The notes: a model not told the origin generated them from the sequence alone. A DNA stretch of 48,385 nucleotides from Clostridiales bacterium DTU087 (GCA_001513495.1 LFTN01000153.1:1-48385), one strand, 5' to 3'. Positions 22,629 to 31,776 are shown, counted from the stretch's first letter. Numbers and translations: made by a program.

Positions 22629-23842
22629 AGGGCCTGATTCCCATCAGCGGAGCCAAGAATGCGGTCCTAAAACTGATGGCGGCGGCCTTGATGGCTCCCG
22701 GTGAATCAGTTATTCACAACGTCCCCCACATTCAAGATGTTTTCACCATGATCAACTTGCTGAAAACCCTGGGTGTAGGGGTTGAGTTCAAAGAAAACAC
22801 CTTGCACCTATCGGTGGGTGATGATATCGGCGAAGAAGCTCCCCATGAGCTAGTGCGGAAAATGAGGGCATCCATTCAAGTGATGGGGCCGGTGTTGGGG
22901 CGGCTGGGCAGGGTGAGGGTGTCGCTGCCCGGCGGCTGTGCAATTGGAGAGAGGCCCATCGATTTTCATCTTAAGGGATTTAGGCAGTTGGGTGCAGAGA
23001 TTCGGGAGGAGCACGGATATATCTACGCTGAAGCTACCCGGCTTTACGGAGCCGATATTCAGCTGGATTATCCTAGTGTAGGTGCGACAGAAAATCTGAT
23101 GATGGCCGCTGCCCTAGCTGATGGTACAACCCAGATCCGCAATGCTGCCAGAGAGCCGGAGATCATTGAAGTGCAGAACTTCCTCAATCAAATGGGTGCT
23201 CGGATCCGGGGTGCGGGCACCGATGTCATCCGCATCGATGGCGTGGAAGCTTTACATCCGGCGGAACACACCATTATCCCAGATCGGATTGAGGCGGGAA
23301 CATACTTGGTGGCAGCCGCCATGGCAGGAGGGGAAGTGGTCATTCATCCCGTAATCCCCCAGCATGTCTCTAGCCTGATCGCCAAGCTCAAAGAGGCCGG
23401 TATTGACATATCCATCGATGGCGATCGAATCACAGTGCACTCTAGCGGGAGCTATCGGGCTGTAAACTTCCAGTCCTTGCCCTATCCAGGCTTTCCCACA
23501 GACCTATTGCCCCAGGTAATGGCAATGATGACCTTGGCTAAAGGGACCAGTGTTGTCCGGGAGACAGTTTATACAAACCGGTATAAGCATGTCAGCGAGT
23601 TAAGGCGGATGGGAGCCAATATTATCCTTGCTGACCGCAGTGCTGTAGTGCAGGGCATCCCTGAGTTGAGCGGAGCAGAAGTTGTGGTGCCGGATCTGCG
23701 GGCCGGGGCAGCCTTGGTACTTGCCGGTCTGGCTGCCCACGGTACGACCATCGTGGAGGATGATGGACACCTGAGCAGGGGATATGATGATCTCATCGGC
23801 AAGCTGCAGGCAGTAGGTGCGGAGATCGTGTTCCTCGAGTAG
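22592..23842 (+). CDS. murA: UDP-N-acetylglucosamine 1-carboxyvinyltransferase MurA
   Basis: [30 protein letters not shown] and the active-site loop [13 protein letters not shown]. The GTG start overlaps the murC 3' end by 37 nt. Confidence 0.9.
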   Translation: MRRIRINGRRQLKGLIPISGAKNAVLKLMAAALMAPGESVIHNVPHIQDVFTMINLLKTLGVGVEFKENTLHLSVGDDIGEEAPHELVRKMRASIQVMGPVLGRLGRVRVSLPGGCAIGERPIDFHLKGFRQLGAEIREEHGYIYAEATRLYGADIQLDYPSVGATENLMMAAALADGTTQIRNAAREPEIIEVQNFLNQMGARIRGAGTDVIRIDGVEALHPAEHTIIPDRIEAGTYLVAAAMAGGEVVIHPVIPQHVSSLIAKLKEAGIDISIDGDRITVHSSGSYRAVNFQSLPYPGFPTDLLPQVMAMMTLAKGTSVVRETVYTNRYKHVSELRRMGANIILADRSAVVQGIPELSGAEVVVPDLRAGAALVLAGLAAHGTTIVEDDGHLSRGYDDLIGKLQAVGAEIVFLE

Positions 23843-23846
23843 TTTT

Positions 23847-23906
23847 TTGACAAACCTTCCTTTGCTGACAATTATTTCATGCCTTGCTGCTTAGCTATGT
23901 TATAAT
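23847..23906 (+). promoter_or_regulatory. Candidate tandem sigma-A promoters for ftsQ-ftsA-ftsZ
   Basis: TTGACA (23847-23852), 17 nt, then AATTAT. Further downstream is an extended -10, TGTTATAAT (23898-23906), 37 nt before the ftsQ ATG. Confidence 0.4.
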
Positions 23907-23942
23907 TGAAGAGTACAGACATAGGCGGAAGGGGGACATCTG

Positions 23943-24659
23943 ATGCCTAAGGAGCGGGACAGTTATTCCTTATGGTTTTCTATGGCAGTCTTGCTCTTGA
24001 TTATCGGCATTTACGGCTTTCTCCATTCCCCTTTCTTCCAGGTTCAGTCTATCCAAGCCAACGGCTCTACCTACAGTCCAGAGCAGCTTGCTGAGATTGC
24101 CGGGATTGAGAAAGGGACAAGCCTTCTGCGGCTCGATGTCGATCTTGCGGCTAGAAAACTAGAGCAGGAGCCGATCATCTCCCGGGCTGCTGTCTACCGA
24201 TACCTGCCCGATACCGTCTACATACAAGTGCAAGAGAGGACTCCCATAGCCATGGTACCGTCTGAATCAGGGTTTTTCGGGGTCGCAGCCGATGGGACTG
24301 TTCTAGGCAGGCTGGGAGACGGAGCTGTCAACCTGCCCATTATTACTGGGGTGGAGAAAGGCTCTATTCTGGTGGGGAACAAGAATGCCGGGGAACTTGT
24401 AATTGCCAGCATGGTCCTTAGCGGGCTGCCCCGGGCGGTAAGAGAGCTTGTCTCTGAAGTCAATGTGATGGATAGGGACGGATTGAAAGTGATCAGCCGG
24501 AGTCTAGTCGAATGCCATTTAGGTGGGCCGGGAGACCTGCAGGATAAGCTGGATGTAGTGGCAACTCTTCTGCCCCGGCTGGATTCCATACCTTCTGATG
24601 CCTATACGATTGTTGATGTTTCCAATCCAAAACGGCCGGTGGTGCGTAAGCTGCCCTAG
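23943..24659 (+). CDS. ftsQ: Cell division protein FtsQ/DivIB (POTRA domain)
   Basis: N-terminal transmembrane segment (FSMAVLLLIIGIYGFL), then a POTRA-like region and the element VYRYLPDTVYIQVQER. It lies directly upstream of ftsA. Confidence 0.8.
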   Translation: MPKERDSYSLWFSMAVLLLIIGIYGFLHSPFFQVQSIQANGSTYSPEQLAEIAGIEKGTSLLRLDVDLAARKLEQEPIISRAAVYRYLPDTVYIQVQERTPIAMVPSESGFFGVAADGTVLGRLGDGAVNLPIITGVEKGSILVGNKNAGELVIASMVLSGLPRAVRELVSEVNVMDRDGLKVISRSLVECHLGGPGDLQDKLDVVATLLPRLDSIPSDAYTIVDVSNPKRPVVRKLP

Positions 24660-24777
24660 CCAAATCGACGAAAACTCTCCCGGTAAAGAGGGAATCTACT
24701 TAGATTGTGGAATTAGGAAGCAAAGGTTACCTGCTCCTCAGTGATACAGGGGCTTTGAAAAGCCAAGGTGAAGACGA

Positions 24778-26028
24778 TTGGGAGAAACCCAGCTAAGAGG
24801 AGAGCGTCTAGCAGCAGCCTTGGATATCGGTACATCTAAGGCGGCGGTAATCATAGCCGAGGCTGACCCCGCCGGGGTTGTCAAAGTGATCGGTGTAGGT
24901 ACCGGCTTTCACAGGGGCTTGCACCGGGGTGAGATTACTGATGCTGAAGCTCTGATAAGAGCCGTCATGGAAGCGGTCATTAAGGCTGAGCGGATGGCAC
25001 AAGCTGCTTTGCCGCCGGTGGTAATTGGTATACCGGGGACCCTCTGTTCTTCCTATGCCGCTCGGGGTGTGGCAGCTGTAAAAAGGCCCGGTCGCCGGGT
25101 TGAGGCGGCAGATGTGGAGAGGGCTCTTGATGCAGCTGCAGCCGTGGTTATTCCCCCGGAGAGGCGGATTGTTGATCGGCTGATCCGCACTTACCTCTTG
25201 GATGGGCAGATGATCGAAGGATCTCCTATCGGCCTGGCAGGCAGCCGTCTTGAAGTAGATGTACAGTTTATAACCGCACCTTTATCGGCACTAGCAGAGC
25301 TTGTCAACTGTCTTGGACAAGCTGGTATAGAAGTCGATGAGGCGGCGGTACAAGTCCTGGCCGCCGCTCGTATGGTGCTGGCTCCCGGCCAGAGACAGTT
25401 GGGAGTCGTTTTGGTTGACCTTGGGGCCGGCCAGACCGATGTAGCGGTGTTTCGCGATGGACAGCTCGATACCATGGCCTGCCTGCCGGTGGGGACTGAC
25501 AATCTAGTTAGAGACCTTTCCGCAGGGTTGGGCATTACCAGAGAGCAGGCTGAACAGCTGGTCCGGGAGATTGGCTGCCCAGCACCGGTGAACTCTCCTT
25601 TAGGGGCAAGTTTGGAAGAAGACGGCCCAAATATGGCTCTGCTTGACGATATGCAGGTGGAGCCCGGCGAATACAGTGATGTTTTCATGGCAAGAGCGGA
25701 GGAGATCTGGCAGCTTGTCCGCAGTCACACAAACAGGGAAGGCAGCGGCGGAAGCCTCTCAACAGGAATTAGGCTGGTGGGAGGGGGAGCCCTTGTCCCG
25801 GGAATGGCAGCCCTTGGTGCGCAGCTTTTGGGCATGCCCGTCGATGCATCTCTCCCCGAATACCTCAAAGGCCTGCCTGAGGCCTGCCAAAGCCCTGCCT
25901 ATGCGGCGGCAGCTGCGTTGGCCCAGGATAGGGTTAGGAGTATGACTCAGTCACAGGCTGTCGGTACCAGCAGACCTGCCTCTTTGAATGTCTTGTGGCA
26001 GAAAGTACGTGAATGGCTCAAGTCTTAG
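24778..26028 (+). CDS. ftsA: Cell division protein FtsA
   Basis: Actin-fold motifs ALDIGTSK, VDLGAGQTDVAVF and RLVGGGALVPG, with a C-terminal amphipathic tail LNVLWQKVREWLKS. TTG start after AAGGTGA. Confidence 0.9.
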   Translation: MGETQLRGERLAAALDIGTSKAAVIIAEADPAGVVKVIGVGTGFHRGLHRGEITDAEALIRAVMEAVIKAERMAQAALPPVVIGIPGTLCSSYAARGVAAVKRPGRRVEAADVERALDAAAAVVIPPERRIVDRLIRTYLLDGQMIEGSPIGLAGSRLEVDVQFITAPLSALAELVNCLGQAGIEVDEAAVQVLAAARMVLAPGQRQLGVVLVDLGAGQTDVAVFRDGQLDTMACLPVGTDNLVRDLSAGLGITREQAEQLVREIGCPAPVNSPLGASLEEDGPNMALLDDMQVEPGEYSDVFMARAEEIWQLVRSHTNREGSGGSLSTGIRLVGGGALVPGMAALGAQLLGMPVDASLPEYLKGLPEACQSPAYAAAAALAQDRVRSMTQSQAVGTSRPASLNVLWQKVREWLKS

Positions 26029-26073
26029 CAACGAGATGTGCCGGTGGGTACCGGTTCTTGGGAGGTAACGGAC

Positions 26074-27138
26074 ATGTTCGAATTCGACACGCAAGCCGGG
26101 CAGTTCGCCAACATCAAGGTGGTGGGAGTTGGCGGCGGCGGCAGCAATGCAGTGAATCGCATGATTGAGGCAGAACTACAGGGCGTGCAGTTTATTGCCT
26201 TAAATACCGATGCCCAGGCATTGATGCTGTCAAACGCGAGTCACAAAATTCAGATGGGTGAGAAGCTGACTAGAGGGTTAGGGGCGGGTTCTAATCCTGA
26301 GATTGGCAAGAAAGCAGCTGAAGAGAGCCGTGATGAGATCAGGGCCTTGCTGGATGGCGCTGACATGATCTTTATCACCGCGGGCATGGGCGGCGGAACT
26401 GGTACCGGAGGAGCTCCAATAGTTGCGGAGATAGCCAGCGAGGTCTCGGCTTTAACTGTAGGTGTAGTTACAAAACCCTTTACCTTCGAAGGTAAGCGCC
26501 GCATGAAGCAGGCCGAAGAGGGAATTGCTGAACTTAAGGACAAGGTAGATACGCTGATAGTCATCCCCAACGACCGGCTGCTGCAGGTGGCGGAGAAGAA
26601 GACATCAATTGTCGAGGCCTTTGGGATGGCCGATGATGTACTGCTTCACGGCGTGCAGGGTATTTCCAATCTGATTACAGTGCCGGGGCTGATCAACCTC
26701 GATTTTGCCGATGTCCGGACCATCATGACCGACGCCGGCTCGGCGTTGATGGGCCTAGGTTATGCCACCGGTGAAAACCGGGCAGCCAAGGCTGCCAACA
26801 TGGCTATCTCCAGCCCCTTGCTGGAGGCATCCATCGAGGGAGCCAAGGGGATTCTACTTAACATTACCGGAAGTTCATCTTTGGGCTTGTTTGAGGTCAA
26901 TGAGGCTGCGGAGCTCATCGCAGCAGCAGCCGATCCCGATGCCCATATCATCTTCGGGGCCGTCATTGATGAAGCTCTGAAAGATGAGCTTAGGGTGACG
27001 GTAATCGCAACCGGGTTTGAGGGCCGTTCTGACCGCAAGGCTGAGCAGGCCGATCGGCGCAGCTTCAATGAAGAGTTTGAAATCAAGCCCTTTGCCACCG
27101 ATGATCTGGACATTCCGGCTTTCTTGCGGAGAAAATAG
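26074..27138 (+). CDS. ftsZ: Cell division GTPase FtsZ
   Basis: [17 protein letters not shown], tubulin signature [17 protein letters not shown] and the C-terminal peptide [15 protein letters not shown] 26074 lies 8 nt after GGGAGG. Confidence 0.97.
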   Translation: MFEFDTQAGQFANIKVVGVGGGGSNAVNRMIEAELQGVQFIALNTDAQALMLSNASHKIQMGEKLTRGLGAGSNPEIGKKAAEESRDEIRALLDGADMIFITAGMGGGTGTGGAPIVAEIASEVSALTVGVVTKPFTFEGKRRMKQAEEGIAELKDKVDTLIVIPNDRLLQVAEKKTSIVEAFGMADDVLLHGVQGISNLITVPGLINLDFADVRTIMTDAGSALMGLGYATGENRAAKAANMAISSPLLEASIEGAKGILLNITGSSSLGLFEVNEAAELIAAAADPDAHIIFGAVIDEALKDELRVTVIATGFEGRSDRKAEQADRRSFNEEFEIKPFATDDLDIPAFLRRK

Positions 27139-27143
27139 CAATA

Positions 27144-27189
27144 CAGGCGGGGGACAGCAGATTACTCCAGCTTCTTGATCTCCCGCCTG
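27144..27189. terminator. Possible bidirectional stem-loop at the ftsZ/sigE convergence point
   Basis: CAGGCGGGGGA (27144-27154) can pair with TCTCCCGCCTG (27179-27189) with one mismatch. The loop of about 24 nt contains the sigE stop codon. There is no T tract. Confidence 0.3.
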
Positions 27190-27890
27190 AGTTTCTTCAA
27201 GATGCGCTTTTCCAGCCGGGAGATATAAGACTGGGAGATCCCCAGACAGTCGGCAACTTCTTTTTGTGTCTTTTCTTCGCCGTCTTCCAATCCAAACCTC
27301 AGTTTCATGATCCTGGTTTCCCGGGGGCTCAGCCGCTTCAGGGCACCGACCAACAGCTCCCGGTCCACTTCCTCTTCGATCCCTTTGCTGACATTGCTCT
27401 CTACTCCTAGGATATCGATCCAGCCGATTTCATTGCCGTCATAATCTGTGTGGAGAGGTTCCTCCAGCGATACTTCTACTCTAGTCTTGCTGTTGCGCCT
27501 CAAGAACATCCTAATCTCATTGTCTATGCACTTGGATGCATAGGTAGCCAGCTTGACATTCCGCCCTGGGTCAAAGGTATTCACCGCCTTAATCAGGCCT
27601 ATGGTCCCGATGGAAACAAGGTCTTCAATGCCAACTCCTGAGCTCTCGAACTTGCGGGCGATGTACACGACCAGGCGCAGATTCCGCTCGATCAGCGTAT
27701 TTCTAACGGTCCTGTCACCTGAACCAAGTCGTTGCAGAAGTTCGCTTTCTTCCTCTGCTCCTAGGGGAGGAGGCAGTACTTCGCTGCTGCCGATGTAATG
27801 GACAAAGCTCGGCTTCAATCCCAGTCTCTGGCAGAGGCGTAATACTGTAATCCGTATGGCTACCGAGATCCGGAACCGGAATTCTTTCAT
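27162..27890 (-). CDS. sigE: Sporulation sigma factor SigE (pro-sigma-E)
   Basis: Pro-sequence and cleavage-region signature ...[21 protein letters not shown], then [16 protein letters not shown] and [17 protein letters not shown]...[18 protein letters not shown] overlap with the upstream spoIIGA. Confidence 0.9.
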   Translation of the reverse strand: MKEFRFRISVAIRITVLRLCQRLGLKPSFVHYIGSSEVLPPPLGAEEESELLQRLGSGDRTVRNTLIERNLRLVVYIARKFESSGVGIEDLVSIGTIGLIKAVNTFDPGRNVKLATYASKCIDNEIRMFLRRNSKTRVEVSLEEPLHTDYDGNEIGWIDILGVESNVSKGIEEEVDRELLVGALKRLSPRETRIMKLRFGLEDGEEKTQKEVADCLGISQSYISRLEKRILKKLRREIKKLE

Positions 27891-28867
27891 TGTCCCTCGC
27901 CTCCCATAGCAGCGGGGCTGACGCCCGGTGATGCGGAAAACTCGCCCAACGTACCGTGCACTATCGACGGCGGTATTAAGGCCTGATACTCACCAGCGGT
28001 GTCTAACTGGTGATTGCAGATGGCTACAATGGCTTCACCTGCAGGTATCGATTGTCCTGATACATCCAGTGTGATCTGGTCCGGCCGAAAGCCAACTAGG
28101 ATTCCCTTGCTGCTGCCCAGGGAGCTGTACGGTATGATCCTAAACCGGCTGGACCATTGAGAGGCTGCCAGCAGCTGTGTGAGAGCCTTTTCATCGCCTG
28201 TTTCCAGCTCATGGATGTTGGACGCCAAGTCCGGGGGCAGCAGATTGGTGATCAGGCCTTGTTCCAAGACGATCACCGGTGCCCCGGTCAACGGATCTGT
28301 CAGGTGGTTGCCGGTATCTAATAAGCCAACCACCCGGATAACTTCATCGCCGAAATAGATGCTGATGGGGAGCTGGTAGATGCGGCGGACCATGCTGGCT
28401 TGAACAACTCCCCAGCCCAGCTCAGCTATGATCAATATGCCTGCAATGGCCGTAAGCAGCCCGAGCAAGGTATTGGGCTGGGCAGGTGTACCCAAGAGAT
28501 AGGCAGCTGCTAAACCGATGCCGCCGGAGCCAAACCCGATCCCCGCAAAGTGCAGGCCCAATTTGAGCAGGCGGCGCAAAGGCACCGGATGAAAGGCTGC
28601 CAGGAGCATGAGCAGTGTAACGGCTATGATTGTCGGCAGGAAGCGCAGCCAGCCGTAATAGGGGATGATACGCAGGCTTGCCAGATAGAGGAGGAGAAAG
28701 TGGACGGTTCCGATGGCGGCACCGGCACAGAGACGGCGCCAGTTGGTCTTGGCCAGGGAAACTGCCGCCGTTGCCCACAAGAGCAGATAATCACAGATGA
28801 AGTTAGCTGCTATATAGAGCAAGAGTACATCAACATACACTATATAGCCAAAGGCCATTGCACCCAT
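27887..28867 (-). CDS. spoIIGA: Sigma-E processing aspartic peptidase SpoIIGA
   Basis: N-terminal membrane domain starting [24 protein letters not shown]. Aspartic protease motif [18 protein letters not shown]. The start is ATG 28867 or ATG 28858, after GGGAGAGGGG. Confidence 0.9.
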   Translation of the reverse strand: MGAMAFGYIVYVDVLLLYIAANFICDYLLLWATAAVSLAKTNWRRLCAGAAIGTVHFLLLYLASLRIIPYYGWLRFLPTIIAVTLLMLLAAFHPVPLRRLLKLGLHFAGIGFGSGGIGLAAAYLLGTPAQPNTLLGLLTAIAGILIIAELGWGVVQASMVRRIYQLPISIYFGDEVIRVVGLLDTGNHLTDPLTGAPVIVLEQGLITNLLPPDLASNIHELETGDEKALTQLLAASQWSSRFRIIPYSSLGSSKGILVGFRPDQITLDVSGQSIPAGEAIVAICNHQLDTAGEYQALIPPSIVHGTLGEFSASPGVSPAAMGGEGQ

Positions 28868-28892
28868 CCCCTCTCCCGCCTTCCTCTGAGTT

Positions 28893-28934
28893 ATAATACC
28901 TGCCAGAATTGCCAGGTCCTTCTATATTGCCGAA
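28893..28934 (-). promoter_or_regulatory. Candidate spoIIGA promoter: -10 TATTAT with an upstream Spo0A-box-like heptamer
   Basis: On the minus strand, TATTAT (complement of 28893-28898) lies about 26 nt before the ATG. TGCCGAA (plus strand, 28928-28934) fits the 0A-box consensus TGNCGAA and sits 30-36 nt upstream of that -10. Confidence 0.3.
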
Positions 28935-28961
28935 GATAAATACCAATGGCTGATGTCTTCG

Positions 28962-28990
28962 GAATAAACCGACATCCCTGTGGCAATACT
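28962..28990 (+). promoter_or_regulatory. Candidate forespore (sigma-F/G type) promoter for sigG
   Basis: GAATA (28962-28966), 17 nt, then CAATACT (28984-28990) resembles the GHATR-N17/18-CATnnTA pattern. It ends 41 nt before the sigG TTG start. Confidence 0.3.
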
Positions 28991-29030
28991 GAACTATACA
29001 AGCGGCTCACAGTATTGGGGGGAGAACGGT

Positions 29031-29828
29031 TTGAACAAAGTTGAGATCTGCGGTGTCAACACATCAAAACTGCCGGTTCTCTCTAACGAGAAAATGAGGG
29101 AACTTCTGCGGGCCATGCAGGCAGGCGACGAAAGTGCCCGTAGACAGCTTATTCAAGGCAATCTTAGATTAGTACTGAGTGTGATCCAAAGATTCAATAA
29201 CCGCGGTGAACCGGTAGATGACCTGTTTCAAGTGGGCTGCATAGGTTTGATGAAGGCAATCGACAACTTTGACCTCAGTCAAAATGTCAAGTTCTCCACC
29301 TATGCAGTTCCCATGATCATCGGGGAGATTCGCCGCTACTTAAGGGATAACAATCCGATTCGGGTTTCCCGATCACTTAGGGATATTGCCTATAGAGCCT
29401 TACAGGTCCGGGACTCCCTGGTAGCCAAGTATTCCCGGGAGCCGACCATTGGCCAAATTGCTGCGGTTCTTAAAATGCCTAGGGAAGAGATCGTGTATGC
29501 TCTAGACGCCATTCAAGAACCGGTGTCGCTCTTTGAACCGATTTACCATGATGGGGGCGACCCCATTTTCGTTATGGACCAGATCAGTGATGAGAAAAAT
29601 GAAGACAGCAATTGGCTGGAGGGAATTTCCATCCGGGAAGCCATGAGCAAACTTGGGGAACGGGAGAGGCTGATTCTCACCATGAGGTTCTTCGGCGGCC
29701 GCACCCAGATGGAAGTGGCCGAGGAGATCGGGATTTCCCAAGCTCAAGTTTCCCGCCTTGAGAAAGCTGCCCTAAAGCACCTGCGCCGACATATGGTAGT
29801 CCATGAAGCTCAGTCGATTAACCAATGA
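29031..29828 (+). CDS. sigG: Sporulation sigma factor SigG
   Basis: NKVEICGVNTSKLPVL N-terminus, GNLRLVLSVIQRFNNRGEPVDDLFQVGCIGLMKAIDNFDLSQNVKFSTYAVPMIIGEIRRYLRDNNPIRVSRSLRDIAY. TTG 29031 lies 6 nt after GGGGGGAG; the ORF is open from 28980. Confidence 0.9.
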   Translation: MNKVEICGVNTSKLPVLSNEKMRELLRAMQAGDESARRQLIQGNLRLVLSVIQRFNNRGEPVDDLFQVGCIGLMKAIDNFDLSQNVKFSTYAVPMIIGEIRRYLRDNNPIRVSRSLRDIAYRALQVRDSLVAKYSREPTIGQIAAVLKMPREEIVYALDAIQEPVSLFEPIYHDGGDPIFVMDQISDEKNEDSNWLEGISIREAMSKLGERERLILTMRFFGGRTQMEVAEEIGISQAQVSRLEKAALKHLRRHMVVHEAQSINQ

Positions 29829-29877
29829 CGGACCATCAGGCACAAACCAGACTAGTCAACCGCAGGAGGTGGCAAGG

Positions 29878-30576
29878 GTGATAGCAAACAAGTTCCGCAG
29901 TCGCCTGCTGTTTTCAAGCATCGCTCTGGCAGCAGCACTGCTATTGGGTTTCTTCGGTATGCAGGTCACTAGCAATGGGCTGCCGGCAGAGGAAGCCTTT
30001 AATTTAGAGAGTCTGATTAGGCTTCATGTTGTGGCCAATAGTGATTCACCAGCTGATCAGGAGCTTAAGCTGCAGGTAAGGGATGCTGTCATCGCACAGA
30101 CGCAGCACCTGTTTGCCGGCGTTGGCAGCAAGGTCCAAGCTTGGGAGCAGTTGAACCTTCATAAGGATGTTGTCCAGGCAGCCGCCCAAGAGGCAGTGAG
30201 CCGGTATGGGAAGCACTATCCGGTGGAGGTGCAGCTGGGAGAATATGCTTTTCCCGAGCGGGACTACGGATCTATGGTGGTGCCGGCAGGTGATTACCAG
30301 GCTGTGAAGGTGATCATCGGGGAAGGCAAGGGCAGGAATTGGTGGTGTGTGCTGTTTCCGCCCCTCTGTCTCATGGATGTGGATGGCGCGGGAGCTGCCC
30401 AGCAGCCGATCATCCGGCGGGAGGCCGTCGGTGAAGGAGAAGCCCGGCAGCTGGTAGTTGAGTGGCGTCTTAAGTATCTAGATAATATCTATCGGGAGTA
30501 TGGTGAAAGGCTCGCGGCTCTGTGGGACTTGGTACGGGGCAGAACCGCACTGTCTGCTGCTCAACTCTCATCGTAA
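29878..30576 (+). CDS. spoIIR: Stage II sporulation protein R (SpoIIR)
   Basis: Signal anchor LLFSSIALAAALLLGFFG. SpoIIR signature LIRLHVVANSDSPADQELKLQVRDAV and NWWCVLFPPLC. GTG 29878 lies 8 nt after AGGAGG; the longer ORF from 29803 overlaps sigG. Confidence 0.85.
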   Translation: MIANKFRSRLLFSSIALAAALLLGFFGMQVTSNGLPAEEAFNLESLIRLHVVANSDSPADQELKLQVRDAVIAQTQHLFAGVGSKVQAWEQLNLHKDVVQAAAQEAVSRYGKHYPVEVQLGEYAFPERDYGSMVVPAGDYQAVKVIIGEGKGRNWWCVLFPPLCLMDVDGAGAAQQPIIRREAVGEGEARQLVVEWRLKYLDNIYREYGERLAALWDLVRGRTALSAAQLSS

Positions 30577-30603
30577 TCCGCCGGCGGTGGTATCTGCCTG
30601 GAA

Positions 30604-30640
30604 GTACATTTGGTCCCATCCCTACATATAATAAATGTAC
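30604..30640 (+). promoter_or_regulatory. 8-bp inverted repeat enclosing a mother-cell-type (sigma-K/E-like) promoter candidate upstream of ylmC
   Basis: GTACATTT (30604-30611) and AAATGTAC (30633-30640) are perfect complements. Inside them, AC (30606-30607), 17 nt, then CATATAATA (30625-30633) fits AC-N17-CATAnnnTA. Confidence 0.3.
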
Positions 30641-30667
30641 GGCAGAGTGTGCCGGGGGGTGGGGCGA

Positions 30668-30940
30668 GTGCTGGTTAAGACATCGGAGCTTTGGATCCTG
30701 GATGTCATCAATACCATCGATGGTCAGCGCTTGGGCAACATCACTGACCTGGATATTGACTTGGCCACAGGGAAAATCAATGCTCTGATCTTGTCCGAAC
30801 CCGGCGGTTTCCTCGGGCTTTTCCGGAGGGGCCGAGAAGTTGTAATCCCCTGGGAGAAAGTGATGCTGATCGGTATCGATGTTATCTTAGTCGAGATGGC
30901 TTCCCTGCGGGCTCACAACCGGGGAAGATATGACACGTAG
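30668..30940 (+). CDS. YlmC/YmxH-family PRC-barrel sporulation protein
   Basis: KTSELWILDVINTIDGQRLGNITDLDIDLATGKINALIL ... VIPWEKVMLIGIDVILV matches the YlmC/YmxH pattern. GTG 30668 follows a G-rich SD. Confidence 0.8.
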   Translation: MLVKTSELWILDVINTIDGQRLGNITDLDIDLATGKINALILSEPGGFLGLFRRGREVVIPWEKVMLIGIDVILVEMASLRAHNRGRYDT

Positions 30941-30963
30941 TCCCCGGTGACCCACCGGGGACT
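30939..30963. terminator. Bidirectional stem-loop between convergent ylmC and rubredoxin genes
   Basis: AGTCCCCGGTG (30939-30949) and CACCGGGGACT (30953-30963) form a perfect 11-bp stem with a 3-nt centre. It overlaps the ylmC stop codon and has no clear T tract. Confidence 0.55.
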
Positions 30964-30986
30964 GGGGCAGTCTTTGCCTTACGCTG

Positions 30987-31130
30987 CTATTCCTCTATCA
31001 TCTGAAACTCATCTTTGCCCACTCCGCACAGAGGGCAGACCCAATCATCGGGCAGTTCCTCGAAGGGTATGCCTCCTTCTTCCGCTGGATCATAGATATA
31101 ACCACATACCATGCATTCCCATTTTTCCAT
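30987..31130 (-). CDS. Rubredoxin (47 aa; below the ORF-track size cut-off)
   Basis: My translation of the minus strand gives [47 protein letters not shown]. It carries both rubredoxin iron-binding knuckles, CxxCGY and CPxCG. AGGAGG lies about 9 nt upstream of the ATG (31130), and the stop TAG is the complement of 30987-30989. Confidence 0.85.
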   Translation of the reverse strand: MEKWECMVCGYIYDPAEEGGIPFEELPDDWVCPLCGVGKDEFQMIEE

Positions 31131-31228
31131 AGTATGGCATCCTCCTTTACCGTTTCACCAATGGCGTTCATTGGCAAGTATGGAGTGACTTCACCGTCTG
31201 TCATTTATTTCCTGCTGGAAAACACTAT

Positions 31229-31258
31229 TTGTTTCCAGGCAAGCCGCTGTAGTATAAT
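31229..31258 (+). promoter_or_regulatory. Candidate sigma-A promoter for nrdR
   Basis: TTGTTT (31229-31234), 18 nt, then TATAAT (31253-31258), 43 nt upstream of the nrdR ATG. Confidence 0.4.
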
Positions 31259-31300
31259 TGATGCAGCTTGGTGCGCCATTTTGCGTTAGGTGGGATCATG

Positions 31301-31762
31301 ATGAAATGCCCTTTTTGCGGTTTTATGGAAAGCAAGGTCGTGGATTCCCGGGCGACGGAAGAAGGCACCTCCATTCGGCGGCGGCGGGAGTGTATGGAAT
31401 GCGCTCGGCGTTTTACCACCTATGAGCGGCTGGATGAAGTCCCCTTGATGGTGGTCAAGAAGGATGGGCGGCGGGAGGCTTTCTCCCGGGACAAGATCAT
31501 CTCCGGCGTCTTGAAGGCTTCACAGAAGCGCCCCATCAGCTATGAGGTGATCGAAAATCTCGCCAGGGAGATAGAGAGGGAACTGCGGAATCAGATGGAG
31601 AGGGAAGTCCCATCCCAGATTATTGGAGAGATGGTGATGGAGCGGCTGAGGCAGCTCGATGAGGTGACGTATGTGCGTTTTGCTTCAGTATACCGGCAGT
31701 TTAGGGACATCGGCCGCTTCATGGAAGAACTAGAGAAACTCCTGCAGCAGCAGAATGAATAG
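31301..31762 (+). CDS. nrdR: Transcriptional repressor NrdR
   Basis: MKCPFCG...SKVVDSR...[17 protein letters not shown] zinc ribbon followed by an ATP-cone domain. The start is ATG 31301 (or 31298). Confidence 0.95.
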   Translation: MKCPFCGFMESKVVDSRATEEGTSIRRRRECMECARRFTTYERLDEVPLMVVKKDGRREAFSRDKIISGVLKASQKRPISYEVIENLAREIERELRNQMEREVPSQIIGEMVMERLRQLDEVTYVRFASVYRQFRDIGRFMEELEKLLQQQNE

Positions 31763-31776
31763 GTGGGATAAAAACA

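Noticed and set aside
12000-26000. Long antisense or overlapping ORFs inside the dcw genes, and similar ones elsewhere in the window (for example 17370-17867, 20377-20871, 25191-25688, 40021-40578).
   Set aside because: All lie opposite or overlapping strongly supported conserved genes, have Arg/Pro/Ser-rich translations and lack SD sequences. This is expected background in DNA of about 60 percent G+C.
27138-28989. GCAATAC present at both borders of the inverted spoIIGA-sigE cassette, as a possible recombination scar.
   Set aside because: It is a 7-nt match in direct rather than inverted orientation. That is too short to distinguish from chance, and it is the wrong geometry for an inversion mediated by inverted repeats.
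30998-31204. The 68-aa minus-strand ORF from the track.
   Set aside because: It is out of frame with, and largely overlaps, the well-supported 47-aa rubredoxin gene (30987-31130), which has an SD and both CxxCG motifs. The 68-aa translation has no recognisable features.
31222-31237. A full NrdR box upstream of nrdR.
   Set aside because: Only the left half (ACACTAT) fits the 16-bp consensus, about 10 of 16 positions overall, and there is no second box at the usual tandem spacing. I kept it only as part of the inverted-repeat observation.
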